Shown: in pieces, positions 1 through 12,913 of the stretch
Position numbering within the stretch: position 1 is the first letter of the stretch
How the letters are laid out: each line of letters starts with the position of its first letter
Assembly: GCF_018350175.1 (NCBI RefSeq)
Contig: NC_058368.1
Location: 156,304,001-156,368,000, forward strand
Direction: 5' to 3'
From: Felis catus
Taxonomy: Eukaryota
Length of the DNA stretch: 64,000 bases
Notes under the pieces: model-generated
What the model was told of the DNA's origin: nothing
The model's input: only the letters and a program-made list of their open reading frames with translations
Databases searched by the model: none
Program-made: the position numbers and the translations under genes

Positions 1-148
1 AGAGAGAGGGAGGCACAGAATCTGAAACAAGCTCCAGGCTCTGAGCTGTCAGCACAGAGCCCGACTCGGGGCTCGAACTCAAGGACCACGAGATCACGAC
101 CTGAGCTGAAGTCGGACGTTCAACCGACTGAGCCACTCCGTCGCCCCA
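1..148 (-). mobile_element. Can-SINE (SINEC_Fc-like), cut by the window edge
   Basis: Reverse complement of the tRNA-derived SINE head and body (gctctgagctgtcagcacagagcc). Confidence 0.9.
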
Positions 149-159
149 GAAATATTTTT

Positions 160-369
160 TTAAAGATTATATATTTTTGAGAGAGACTGTGTGTGCACAC
201 ACATGCATGAGCAGAAGGGAAGAGAGAGGGGGAGAGAGAGAATCCGGAGCAGGCTCGGCATTGTTAGCACACAGCCGGATGCGGACATCAGTCTCACAAA
301 CCCTGAGACCATGACCTGAGCTGGAACAAAGAGTGGGATGTTTAACCAGCTGAGCCGCCCAGGCGCCCC
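160..369 (-). mobile_element. Can-SINE
   Basis: Ends ctgagccgcccaggcgcccc; (GA)n tract. Confidence 0.9.
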
Positions 370-415
370 ACAGTTTTGTGGAAATATTAACCAATATGCT
401 AAAATGGTTATCCCT

Positions 416-656
416 GGGGGCGCCTGGGTGGCTCAGTCGGTTAAGCGTCCGACTTCGGCTCGGGTGATGATCTTGCGGTTGGTGAGTTCAAGCCCGGTGT
501 CAGGCTCTGTGCTGATGGCTCAGAGCCTGGAGCCTGTTTCGGATTCTGTGTCTCCCTCTCTCTCTGACCCTCCCCCATTCATGCTCTGTCTCTCTCTCTG
601 TCTCAAAAATAAATCAACGTTAAACATTTTTTTTTTAATAAAAAAATAAAAAAAAT
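416..656 (+). mobile_element. Can-SINE (SINEC_Fc) with TSD
   Basis: ggggcgcctgggtggctcagtcgg head, CT tract, A tail; TSD aaaatggttatccctgg at 401-417 and 657-673. Confidence 0.95.
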
Positions 657-751
657 AAAATGGTTATCCCTGGATATTTTGACTACTGTTGATATTTATT
701 TTCTTTATACTTAGCATTTTCCTATATTTTTGCAGTGAGTACTTTTACACA

Positions 752-1188
752 CGTTAAAAAGCAAAATTCAACCAAGTGAATGTGGAGATCTAATTGGGTT
801 TGCTAAACTATTCATGAATCAGGCAGCACTTTAGCAAAAAGAGAGGCACTCCCGGGAGGTGTGAAAAATGAAGGGTTTTTATAGAGGAGGGTGGGGACAT
901 AAGAGTTATTAACAAAAGCAGTGTGTTGTTCCAGACAAGGCTGTTTTCTAGGGGAAAAAGTATGAGGTCTTATCATGCAGAATACCTCATCTTTCTCTAG
1001 AGGATAGAGAGGACTCAAGTGGCAGACTTATTGGCATTGACGGAAAGGAAAATTTCCTGAATAACTAGGTAAGGCCATATTTCTGGTGGAAGCTGAAAAT
1101 GCAATTAGATTGGATATTAAGCTCCAGTTTGGGAACTTGGTCTGAGCGACACCTTTCTGGGCCTGTGGTTTTCCTTTTTGTTAAAACA
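752..1188 (-). mobile_element. ERV1 (MER4-group-like) solo LTR
   Basis: Resembles recalled MER34/MER39-type LTRs (attcatgaatcaggcagcac; ends ...tgttaaaaca); subfamily uncertain. Confidence 0.55.
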
Positions 1189-2326
1189 TATATAATGAAG
1201 GCAAATACTTTAAAAAGAAATTATGCCTGCTCTCATGGAGCTTTTGATCGTACATTTTGTCTTCATTTGAAACCTCTTCGAACCTTAACACCTCTCTTGC
1301 CAATTTGAATTCATCATTACTCTCAAAATCAAATTCAAAACTTACATAATCCTTCAATATCTCTTGACTACCATTTCACTAAACTTTTTGTATTATTTTG
1401 TGGTATTTGTGCTTGCAAATGCTGTTAAAGGAAAATGTGCTGTTCTGTGCTATGTTGGTATTAAATGCATGTTATGTCTTTCATTGAAATGGAGTAAAAC
1501 AACAATGGGCTGAAACATGTTGAGCATTCAGATGGGGTTGGTGACATCATTTTAAAGGATTCCCGATACAGAGTTGTGTGATTTTTCTCTATCTAACCTC
1601 AGTAGATAAGTTAATCAATCAATACAAATAATACATTAAAGAAGTGCCACTTGGTAACAACAGGGTACCAGAATGATGATGGTTCAGAATTTTCATGTGA
1701 CCACCATAGATCTATGATGCTTCTGTATTTAAGATATGGTTCCATGGTCATGAAAGACAAGAGAAGCAAGAATGACATTTATAGGTAAAGAGAGAGCAAG
1801 GATAAGAGAGAAAACTTGATTGGCAAAATAGAACAAATAGGATGAGAAAATTAACCTGAACAAATAGAGACGCACAGGACCAACAGAAGAAATAAATTAA
1901 AAAGGGAGAGTAGCCTGTGTAAGTGATGCTACAAAGTGTGAATTTAAAGGTTTTCTCAATGGAATGGCAGTGATCCCTGCAGGAATGTGGTGACAAAAAA
2001 GGACTGAATGGGCATGAGCACAGACACCAGACCTCCCATGTCGTTTCAAGCACTCTGCGGGTCCACCGTGTGACACTGTGCTGGGGCATCATGAGGGTAT
2101 CATGAAAGGGAGAATGACAGTCTCTCCTCTAAAGGAGCAGAGACAGTAAAAACATAAGACAATAAACAAGGGAGCCAGTAGAAAGAGCACTCTATTCTCT
2201 AAGTAAGACATAACTAAGTAGGACCTCAACAACAAAAAAGTGAATTATTAAGGGACTAATGTAACTTGACAAATACCTCAGTGGTATTTCACAAACATAG
2301 ACCAACCTTTAAAAAATTTAGGGGGA

Positions 2327-2545
2327 GGGGCGCCTGGGTGGCTCAGCTGGGTGAGCATCCAACTCTTGATTTTGGCTCAGGTCATGATCTCCCAGTTTGT
2401 GAGTTTGAGTCTCACATTGGGCTCTGTGCTGACAGTGCAGAACCTCCTTGGGATTCTCTCTCTCTCTCCTTTTCTCTCTCTCTGCCCTGAGCCCACTCAC
2501 TTGTGTTCTCTCTCTCTCAAAATAGATTTTAAAAAATTTAAAAAA
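2327..2545 (+). mobile_element. Can-SINE
   Basis: SINE head, CT tract and A-rich tail. Confidence 0.9.
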
Positions 2546-3889
2546 TTATAGGTGGAAAAAGGAAGAGACTGTGAAGCTGTGTAGCTTAACCTAATCCAAG
2601 ATCAATCAAAAATGGGAGCTGAAACTTTTTAAAGTATGCTTTCTTTTTGAAATTGTCATTCCACAGTACTATTTTTAAATATTCATTCTCCTTTAATGTT
2701 TCTGATCATTTTTGGCATAAGATTAAAAAACCAGTGCTTAATATTTCAAACAAGTATTAACAGCCAATCTAATATTAATTATTGCCTTTTAAAAATGAGT
2801 AATGTTTGAAGAATTATATCTGAGCCAAACATCTGTAGATCAAGTTTCAGCCATAGGCAAATTATAGCAGTTGAGCTATAAATTCCTAAGAACAGTGACT
2901 ACAATAAAATATGTACATATTATAAGCACAGCCAGAAAACATTAAAATAAAGCAATAAAAAAATCAAACCTCATGTGGTCAAAAGAAAGTCCACGAAAGT
3001 AATTTCGGAATCTTGTCTTTTACCATATTTTAAAACAATACTTTCTAACCTAGGGTCTCTTTTTCATTATTTAAACACATATGATTAGAATCCTCATTTT
3101 ATCCTTTTTTTTTTTTTCTGTTTCTTCAAGAATAAAAATCCAGAGTGTCATTTTTTTTGTGTAACCAAACAAATGCATGTTTTCTCATGCATACACTTTT
3201 CTCAACTATACACTTTTAAAAAAGTTTCTTCCAGTCGGAAGAAATCTACACTGAAAATGAGTTAGTAAAGCAGAAACTGTAGGACCATGTGATTTCTCCT
3301 CTGTGGAAAAGCCCAGTGAGGAAGGTCAGATGCCTGAGATTCTCAGCCCAAACTGTGGACTTAATGTGTCTACCACCTCTACTTTACCTGAAGTCCTACT
3401 GTCTAGCCTAAAAAAAAAACACTTTTAATCAGCATGGTAAGGAAATGTTTTCATTAATTAAAAATTTATGTTCCACATTTAATTAAACAAATTTCAAAAT
3501 GTTACAATATACTAAAACACATTTAACTCTAAACACCATTGAATCAAAGAATCAGTAGGTTTGAGTTCAGACCTCATTCTGTTAATGACTTTGAGTAAGA
3601 CACTTGATCTCTCAAGAGGGAGAGCTCACATTCCTCATTTATAAAATGAGATGGATGTATTTATTAGGCTCTGAGATTTCCTCTGGCTATAAATTTGTTG
3701 TATTCTTTAAGGAACAGAAGGAGTAGGACATATTTCTAACTCCCCCCCCCCCCTGCCCATTAACTCTTCCAATGGAGTACTTTATTCATTAATACCAACA
3801 TTTTTCTTATATCATGCACTCAAAGCCATTTTCAATGATTTCCTTTGCCCTTTCCCAGGACTGTTACATGAAAGGCTTATGCAGAATCT

Positions 3890-4100
3890 GGGGCATCTGG
3901 GTGGCTCAGTTGGTTGAGCTGCTGGCTCTTGATTTCGGCTCAGGTCATGACCCCAGTGTCATGGGATTGAGCACCTCATCAGGCTCTGTGCTGAGCATGG
4001 AACCCACTTAAGATTCTCTCCCTCTTAATATGCTCTCCCTCTTCCCCACTTGTGCTCTCTTGCTCACTCTCTCTAAAAAAAGAAAAAAGAAAAGAAAAAG
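3890..4100 (+). mobile_element. Can-SINE
   Basis: ggggcatctgggtggctcagttgg head and A tail. Confidence 0.88.
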
Positions 4101-4502
4101 CTTATGTGGAATCTATAGTTGAGCAAGAAATAATATGAGAAAAGAGGAAATGTGAGGCAGCAAGATACTCTTTCATGGTAATAGGTAGATACCCAGTACT
4201 AATGTTTTACCCACCACCCCCTAGCTTCCTAAAATATACTAAGAAGCAGCGAGTGCATGTTTCTGGGCTTCTCTGACTTGGCACACTCTTCACTCAACAA
4301 AAGATGTGTGAGATCAACTGACCTTGGACATTATGCCTCCACAAGGAACAGGGTGACATACCTTCACAGACATCATGTGTCCCTGACCTATTATTCTTTG
4401 TATTCTTTATATTCTTTGTATTATTTGTTGTATTGCTGGTTCAGGTTGAGTTGTTGGTTTAATAAAAGTAGCAGAGTGAAAATAAACTTTGACTAGGTCA
4501 TC

Positions 4503-4620
4503 TTTTTTTTTTTTTTTTAAAGTAGGCTCCATGTGGGTCCTGAACTCAAGACCCCAAGATCAAGACCAGAGCTGAGATCAAGAGTCAGATGCCCAACCGA
4601 CTGAGCCACCCAGGTGCCCC
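4503..4620 (-). mobile_element. Can-SINE, short form
   Basis: Poly-T then ...ctgagccacccaggtgcccc; flanked by aggtcatcttt direct repeat. Confidence 0.85.
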
Positions 4621-4849
4621 CAGGTCATCTTTCTTAAATTCTGACCAGCCTTTTATTCCAGTCTGGCTCATTTTTACTTCTCCATCCATATCTAGTCACA
4701 AAGTAGTTCTCTGGATCATTCACAAAGTCTTGCCAATATTATATCATGCAAAATTTAACTTTCAATAAATCTTGAAAATTTTATGTAGTTCAGTAAATTC
4801 ATTCATTAACACATGGATTAAAAGTATGATGGCTGAATAGTTATTTTTA

Positions 4850-5090
4850 TGATAATTACAGCTAACTTTTATATAGCATTATATGGGCCATGCATTGTTC
4901 TAAGTATTTTATATATATGAACTCATTTAATTCTTACCATGATTCTATGGGTCAGGTATTATTATAATCTCCATATTAAAGATATAGAAACTGAGGCACA
5001 GAGAGGTTTGTGAGTTGCCCAAGATCCCTTACATATGAAGTGGCAAAGCTGGGATTCAGAGTCCTTAATCACAATGCTATAAACTGCCTC
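4850..5090 (-). mobile_element. MIR SINE
   Basis: MIR core gaaactgaggcacagagagg...tgcccaag. Confidence 0.8.
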
Positions 5091-6269
5091 TCTGTGTAGA
5101 CTTCTACTTAAAAGAAAAAAAAATTACTATTTTACATCTTATATGTATTGACTTATTTACTGCCATATGTATTTGACAGCTATCCCTAAAATCACTATAA
5201 ATTTCCAAAAATAAATTTTTTAAGGCTAGATCTTCCCCTTATGATATTTCAAAGTCACTAGAAATTTATTTCTTTTCATCAATTACTGGAAGTTGAAATT
5301 TTAATGTTTTAGCCTCTCCAAAGATTGAGAGACAACTAGGATGGATCTCAATTTGTTGATAGTCATTTAAGATTCCTTATGCATGAAACTCTTACATTAG
5401 GAAATACAGAACTTGATATTCTATTCCATTTATTTTCTCAACTCTCATCTATGTATTAGGACTTCCACCACAGACTGCTATAGTGTCTATTAATAATTGT
5501 GGAAATTATGATTATTATAATTAAATGCATGAGAATATTAATATACATCCAATAAATACACATAGTAACATGCTATGGCTATTAAAATCCGCCTTGATAA
5601 AATATAAAATACTTCATTGTAACTCCTCTATTAGTAATTTAAATATGTGCATGTATGAAGCAGAAATTGACAGGATCAGTCAGAATACACTATTGTAGCT
5701 TGACAAGCAAACAGAATTAACTGTCATATGTTTTACTCACCAAATCTGACATCGCTTTCTTTATTTTTCAATGTATTTCTCTTTGTAGAAAATATTTTCA
5801 TTTTAATAACTCTATAATCTTCAATATGCAATCCTAGCCATCTCTTGCTTTAACACAACGGTGAAACCCAGATAATGTGAAATTTTAATCTCCACATTCT
5901 TTTATAACTTAGCACTCATGCATTTCACAGGACTTAAGAATTATAAAATTTTATATTTTTAGATTAGACCTAAATACAATCACAAATCATAGGGTTAAGG
6001 ATTAACTAATGAAATTTCAAGCACAGTAAAAGCTTTATTAATTTGGAAAGTAGTACATCTGCATTAGTAGAAAGTTTAAGTTATGGTACACTTTTAAAAA
6101 GGCAATTGTATTATCTCTCAACTAGGAATAACAAACATTGCTTATAAAATGCGTCAATTACATTTTTAAGGAATTTTCTTTTAATAACTAGGTGAGTAGT
6201 TTAAATAACTACTAATTTAAACTTAGTATGCACTTTCTATCTAAATTGGTGCTTCTAAAAAACGTAGGT

Positions 6270-6467
6270 CTTTTTTTTTTTTTTTTTAGGTCTATTTATT
6301 TATGTATTTTTGAGAGAGAAAGAGAGCAGGGGATGGGAGAAAGAGGGAGAGAGAGAATCCTAAACAGGGTCTGCACTGGCAGCGAAGAATCCAACACAGG
6401 GCTGAAACTCATGAATTGTGAGATCATGACCTGAGCCAAAACCAAGAGTTTTGCACCCAGGCACCCC
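6270..6467 (-). mobile_element. Can-SINE
   Basis: Poly-T, (GA)n tract, agatcatgacctgagcc. Confidence 0.88.
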
Positions 6468-7889
6468 TAAAGGATGTAGGTCTTACAGTATGTTCCAAGG
6501 GTTTTAGAATTTCTCCTAAAATGCTGTTAATAGTGTTAATTAGCAATTCATATTAATGTGAGATTGTTCTCCTAAATTTTGGAATATTATTAACCTAACA
6601 TTAATTTCATGAATAACTCTATCCACTGAAATACCCTGTTATGTCTTCTAGGACTTTGCTCCATCAGTTATCATTAACTAGTCCTGTATCATCAATATCC
6701 CTTTCAGCTGACTATAAACATGTTCCACTTTCTTGCTTTGTAGAAACAAAACCTTCCCTAGGGCCCCCTTCCATTCATAGCCCAACTTCAGCAAACAGTG
6801 TCCATAATCCCTAATCTTTTATCTCCTCTCTCATTTACGTCTCAACTCAGAGCAATCTGATTTCTGTCTCTGTCCTTACACTGAAAGTGACTAAATATTT
6901 TTCAATTTCTATCATACTTAATCTCTGCACTAGTTTGGTACTGACAGCTACTCCTTCTGTAAGAGAGGAGAAGTTGTCTCCTCTCTTGTCAATCTTCCAA
7001 AGTACAAGTACAAGTACAAAGTACTAGTTCTTTCCTTGCCTCTTACATATGTATTCACAGGCTCCCAGTAGGAGTCCCCAAATTAGGTAGCCAACCAGCT
7101 AAAATTTCTTTTTTTAAGCTGACAGACAATATATGGATAGGAAATGGTGGTCAATTTCTATGCTAGCATACCCAGCTTTCCTGGTCATAACTATCTGATC
7201 CAAGCTAGACATCTGACCCAAACTGAACCATCAGATGCAAATAAATTCTGAAAGTTGGAATGAAGGCAGGAATAGGGAACTACTTGGAGGTACACCATCC
7301 AAGTTAAATCCAGCCTCCCAAGTGAAGGTGCATAGATTTTTTTGGCTGAGGCCTTAGAATTGCCTAGTTTCTGTCCTTCTGGGACTGAAAGTTCATAAAG
7401 ATTGTTTTTTTGGGTTTGTTTTGGTTTGGTTCTGTCAGATACACACAATAAATTTTCTCCCTGTTCTACTGAGAAACAGCCACTATTTTTTTCTTTGCTT
7501 CAATTAACCAGACTATTTTATTAAACTAATAAACATATTTATTGGATCCTCTCTCATCTCTGGCATTAAACACTTTCACCACAAGGTTTTCTCTAGAATT
7601 TACTTCTCATTTTAATTACTTCCCTATGCATTCTTCATTCAAAGCTATTGCTTCTTCTTATGTAATTTTACCAGATTAAAGTATTTTAATTTTTAAAAAT
7701 TTTATTTTTATTCACTGGATTTCATTCTCCTTGGATCGTAAAAAAAAAATCTATTCCTATTAGTTCTCATGTTGTAGTCTTCCCAAATATCCTTATTCCC
7801 CTTGCCTGACTCGGAAAGGGAAATATAGAAAATTTTCCTCCCTTTCCCTTTCAATCCATTTCAATCCTTATTCTACACTTTTTTTTTTA

Positions 7890-8148
7890 TTGAGTAACCT
7901 CATGCATCTATTATCTCTATGCTGAAAATTTAAAGTCTGTATCTCTAAACCTAGTTTGTCCTCCAAAACCCCAAAAACTATTCCAAACACTTATTTGGCA
8001 ATTCAACATTGCTGGTTCAAAGGTCCCTTAAACTCAACATGTCCAAAATATAATTCAAAATCTTTTCCTTACACTGCCTTCTCTTCCTAGATTACAGGGT
8101 CACTATCTACCTAATATCATTCCTTTTCCTTGCCCTATTAACTTAAAT
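7890..8148 (+). mobile_element. L2 LINE fragment
   Basis: cttaaactcaacatgtccaaaa, the L2 ORF2 LKLNMSK motif. Confidence 0.65.
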
Positions 8149-8338
8149 CAGGTGTCAGTAAACTAGAGCACAATCTGTTTTTTCTTTGACCAGCCAACTA
8201 TGAATGGTTTTTACATTTCTCAAGAGTTGTAAAAATAAAAACAAACAAAAAGGATATGCTACAGTGGCCACATGTAGTCCATAAATCCCAAAATATTTAC
8301 TATCTGGCCTTTAACAGAAAAAGTTTGCTAAACTCTGC
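8149..8338. mobile_element. MER58-like hAT-Charlie MITE
   Basis: Ends caggtgtcagtaaact...agtttgctaaactctg; internal aaaatatttactatctggcctttaacagaaaaagtttg. Confidence 0.75.
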
Positions 8339-8509
8339 CTTAAATGGTCACTAAATTCTTTGACCTTTTTTTCCCCTAATATAGTAAATGGTAACCAAAT
8401 GCTCTCAAATTTGACTTCTCCCTCTATGTGCTTCCAGTGTCCTACCTATGGCATTATTTATTGCTGAAAAAAACAGAAAAACCTCCTATCTGGCCTCCAA
8501 GATTCACAT

Positions 8510-8900
8510 CTTGTGCCTTCATAAGAAATATATATTTGGTCATTGCTCCTTGTCTCCCCTAGTTCCTTCCTTACTTTGTCCTATGCATCTCTTCCATGTG
8601 GCCATTCCTGAGTTGTAGCCTTTCTAAAAATATTGTAACCAGAACTGCAGCATTTTACTAAGTTCTGTGTGTCAGTCTAATGACCTATTGAACCTGAAGA
8701 GGGGACTGTGGGAACCCTCAAATTTGTAGTCAGCAGGGTGGAAGTAGACATCCCCTGGAGAGGTGTCACTTGATGTTCTCACATAAAGTGGGGACAGCCT
8801 TGCGGGACTGAGCCATTAACTTTGTGGGGTTTGTGTTAACCCCAGACAGTGTCAGAAGTGAATTAAACTGAATTGTAGGACACTGAGTTGGGTTCCAACT
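8510..8900 (+). mobile_element. MER21-like LTR remnant
   Basis: ttgaacctgaagaggggactgtgggaacc and agtgtcagaagtgaattaaactg match the recalled MER21 consensus. Confidence 0.65.
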
Positions 8901-9590
8901 TGCATATTGGCATTCAACTTATTGTTTTAAAAACCAAATCAGACAATTCATTACCGTGCTTAAATACCACTGTAGGTTTTGTACAATGCATAGGACAACC
9001 CAGGCTTTTTATCTTCTTTTATATATATATAGTTCTTCATATTTAATTATATTTTTCTACCATAACTGTCCTTGATTAACAACTTGAAATAGGCTCCTGG
9101 CTATAAACTCCCTCTGCTAAGGATGTTTGCGGAAGAAATCATATTTATGGAATACATTTACTTCATCAATGTATATAATATTGTTTATAGGCCACATATA
9201 ATTATAACATTTATTATCGTCAAACAAAGAAAATTGTGGCTTAAATCATTTTTTAAATCCTTTTTAACAACTTAAACCATTTTTTAAAAATTGTGAAGAG
9301 GTAAGAAAATATACTTGTGAAAAATCAGGATTTAACATTTAAGCTATCAAATAAAATTTAAATGTGGTAACTTAAAACCCTTTCCAGTTTCCATTTATGA
9401 AAAAAAGGAAATTAGATAAAAAGTGTCTCTAAGGACCCTTCTAGTTTTAAACTTCTATTATTTTAGTCATGTGATCTATTTCTCTAATATTTAATCTTCT
9501 GTTTTATTGCCTTTGCAGAATATGTTTTAATTCTATAGTACAATACAAGTATAATTTGTTGTTGGTTAAAGCGGATTCATATGAAATGAC

Positions 9591-9747
9591 CTCAAAATCT
9601 ATTTAAAAAGCAATCAGTGAAAGTACATATAGGATTTCTTCATGTTAAATCTGAAAATCCATCACTATACTCGCTTTTTACTTTATTTGCTGCTTAACAT
9701 ATCTCAACAGTGAATCTATCATATCAACATCGTCATCATGATCCAAG
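9591..9747 (-). other. KIAA0825: Probable non-coding leader exon of the minus-strand gene (likely KIAA0825 exon 2)
   Basis: Acceptor tctattatttgcag| at 9748-9749 and weak donor gag|gtcatt at 9590; unique sequence ~35 kb from exon 1. Gene assignment and 3' boundary are inferred. Confidence 0.45.
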
Positions 9748-10254
9748 CTGCAAATAATAGAGAGTGTCAGTGTCAATTTTGCTTTCTCACACTTGCTTCC
9801 CTTCACTTCATCTGATTTTAATAATCCCTGTCAAACCACAAACAGTCCAAATTACCTTCATGACACAGAAGCTTTCAAGGAGCAGACAGAATCTCAACTT
9901 TCATTTAGCAACTACAAAAGAAAGCTGTCCAGCTGGACAAATATTATTTCCACACTTGACAATCTCTACAGTTGAGCATGCATTTTAATTTTAACTAAAC
10001 CTGCCAGGAGTTTGATATGAGCTTCTTGTTTTGTGTAGATTGACTCACGGGATTATCAGACCAATGACTGTAATTGTGATGAAAGAACCTAGCATTTTTC
10101 TACTAAAAGATAAATCATATATCAAAGCTAATGGACCACAATGAACACATAAGACATATGTGAAGGCATACCTTATAGGAGGAAAACTACTTAAATTAGG
10201 TGTTTTAATCACTAACTTAAGTCTAAACATAAGAATACATTCTTTTTATTATTA

Positions 10255-10353
10255 TTTTTTTAAACTAGGCTCCATACCCAATTTAGGGCTTGAACTCACA
10301 ACCCTGAGATTAAGCGTCACATGCTCTACCGATTGATATAGCCAGATGCCCCC
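10255..10353 (-). mobile_element. Can-SINE, short form
   Basis: cttgaactcacaaccctgagattaag...gccagatgccccc; flanking agaatacatt repeat. Confidence 0.8.
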
Positions 10354-10558
10354 AGAATACATTTTTGATATAATTTTTAAAAGAAAATGCTAGGAAGTAA
10401 AAATAAAATGTAAAAAAAGTTAAAATTTTATCCATGGATATTATTGACAAACAGATTCTAAGAGTGAAATCAAGAGATTTTTTTGGGCTGATACAATGAA
10501 TAGTCAAATTTCTAGGAGAGGTCTATGCATCAAATTATTTAATAAAACTAATGTTCTT

Positions 10559-11218
10559 TTTTTTTTTTTCTTTTTTTTTTATATGAAATTTATTGACAAA
10601 TTAGTTTCCATACAACACCCAGTGCTCATCCCAAAAGGTGCCCTCCTCAATACCCATCACCTACCCTCTCCTCCCTCCCACCCCCCATCAACCCTCAGTT
10701 TGTTCTCAGTTTTTAAGAGTCTCTTATGCTTTGGCTCTCTCCCACTCTAACCTGTTTTTTTTTTTTCCTTCCCCTCCCCCATGGGTTCCTGTTAATTTCT
10801 CAGGGTCCACATAAGAGTGAAACCATATGGTATCTGTCTTTCTCTGTATGGCTTATTTCACTTAGCATCACACTCTCCAGTTCCATCCACGTTGCTACAA
10901 AAGGCCATATTTCATTTTTTCTCATTGCCACGTAATATTCCATTGTGTATATAAACCACAATTTCTTTATCCATTCATCAGTTGATGGACATTTAGGCTC
11001 TTTCCATAATTTGGCTATTGTTGAGAGTGCTGCTATGAACATTGGGGTACAAGTGGCCCTATGCATCAGTACTCCTGTATCCCTTGGATAAATTCCTAGC
11101 AGTGCTATTGCTGGGTCATAGGGTAGGTCTATTTTTAATTTTCTGAGGAACCTCCACACTGCTTTCCAGAGCGGCTGCACCAATTTGCATTCCCACCAAC
11201 AGTGCAAGAGGGTTCCCG
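10559..11218 (-). mobile_element. Young 5'-truncated feline L1 (ORF2 C-terminus and 3'UTR)
   Basis: ORF 10800-11207 [14 protein letters not shown]...; poly-T tail; 18-bp TSD aataaaactaatgttctt at 10541-10558 and 11219-11236. Confidence 0.97.
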
Positions 11219-11538
11219 AATAAAACTAATGTTCTTGACAAGACATTAAAAAAAGTCCAATCTACACTGAGGCCTGCGCAGGTCCCAACCTGTCTGTGGT
11301 TTGGGGTTCATAACTGCCTCGTAAGGCAAAGCAGAGGGTTTGTCTTCTGGGAAGACAAAGTCGTGTTCTCCTCTGAAAAAGCCTCCTATATGGTTGGCTT
11401 TGGCATCCATCCCTAGGGAGACAGGGATTGGGACTTCATGAGTCTGGGTTTTCAGCTGAGGCAGGAAGAGAATACAGTGCTCATAACCAGAAAATCTAGA
11501 GTCGGGTGTAGTCACAGAAGTGGATTCCTTAACAATAA

Positions 11539-11540
<2 letters not shown>

Positions 11541-11575
<35 letters not shown>
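11541..11575 (+). repeat. (TAA)n microsatellite
   Basis: About 11 perfect TAA units. Confidence 0.95.
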
Positions 11576-11999
11576 TTTTTTAAAGTCCACTCTATACTAA
11601 TCAATGTGCCCCTGTACAAAGTAAAACTCTGAAAAAAAGTTATAGTAAAAAGAAATAATAATACTAAGTTTGTAGAAAAGTATTAGAATAAAAGTTACAG
11701 TGTAAAACTATACTAAAGAGCATTATACCTTGGAAGTTTAATTTATTGAATTTGAATCTGAAAGTTCCAAATGATAAGATATTTCTTGGACCATTTCCTG
11801 TCTAAGCTAGGCCTAAATTCCTCCTACAGTTATTAGAACCTCACAATTACCAGATGTCAAGTCTTCCCTCCAACCTGTTACACTTGGCATTAATCTTGGG
11901 TTCTCCCTTCTCCATAGGCCAAACCATTGCCTATTGGAGCCCTGTTCCTTTCCCAGTGCTATGTTGGACACCACAGCTGTGTCCTTTACTCATTTTCTT

Positions 12000-12420
12000 A
12001 ACCTTTCTCTTGGTCAAATTAATTTCTATCCATGTCCTCTGCTACAACCTGTGTTTTGGAGCACCTGCTCTACCTATCCGACTTCATACTGGATAACTCC
12101 CTTGGATGTCCCACAGATACGTTAAACTCAACATGTCCCCAGACCATCTTATTATCTTCCCTCCGAAGTTTCCTTCTTCTCTTGAGGTCCCTATGATAGT
12201 TAACAGCCCCACTATCAACTCGGGTACTCATGTCTGTGAGTGGGAGTCATCTTACACATTCTACCATTTTCTCATTAATCTCATAGCCAAATGATCAGTC
12301 TTCTCTTATATCTCCTACCCATCCACATCCTATTGTACCTGAATAGGTTCAAACTTCACCATTTCCCTCTAACTCATTCTCTATCCTCCCAAGAGAATGA
12401 TTTTTGTAAAACAGAGATAG
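12000..12420 (+). mobile_element. L2 LINE fragment
   Basis: Translates MSHRYVKLNMSPDHLIIFPPK, similar to the end of L2 ORF2. Confidence 0.65.
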
Positions 12421-12709
12421 AAATCGTTTATAGCAAGATTTTAAGTCCACGTGACTGGGAGAAAAATCATACTCTTAAGAGACAGAAAAATCAGAAGAAC
12501 TTGTTAATTTGTAGAGGGAAATTTGGCAAGGAGGGGGGTCACCCAAACCAGGTCTTTTTTAGAATAAAAAAGGTACTGAAAATAATTAAAATTACATAAT
12601 TTTTCAAAAGTTGATTATTGACCAATTAAATGGTCTTACTTTATCTGTGGACCTACAATCTACATTAATAATTATATTCAAACACTACTTTCAAAAATTA
12701 CATGCTTTC

Positions 12710-12913
12710 AGGGTACCTGGGTGGCTCATTCACTTAAGCATTCACCTACAGCTCAGGTCATGATCTCACGGTTCCTGAATTCAAGCTCCACATAGGGCTC
12801 TGCACTGATAGCGCAGAGCCTGCTTGGGATTCTCTCTCTCTCCCTCTCTCTGCTCCTACCCCACTGACTCTCATTCTCTCTTTCAAAATAAATAAATAAA
12901 CTAAAAAAAAAAA
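12710..12913 (+). mobile_element. Can-SINE
   Basis: Head, CT tract and tail; flanking acatgctttc repeat. Confidence 0.88.

Noticed and set aside
338..649. Recurrent GAWVAQSVKRPTSA-type ORFs and tRNA-like A/B boxes here and throughout the window
   Set aside because: These are Can-SINE translations and tRNA-derived SINE heads, not genes or tRNA genes
10049..10067. 19-nt micro-exon-like AG...GT pattern on the minus strand
   Set aside because: Too short and too weakly supported; easily arises by chance
11246..11632. ORFs with poly-Tyr or poly-Ile runs
   Set aside because: They are translations of the (TAA)n microsatellite
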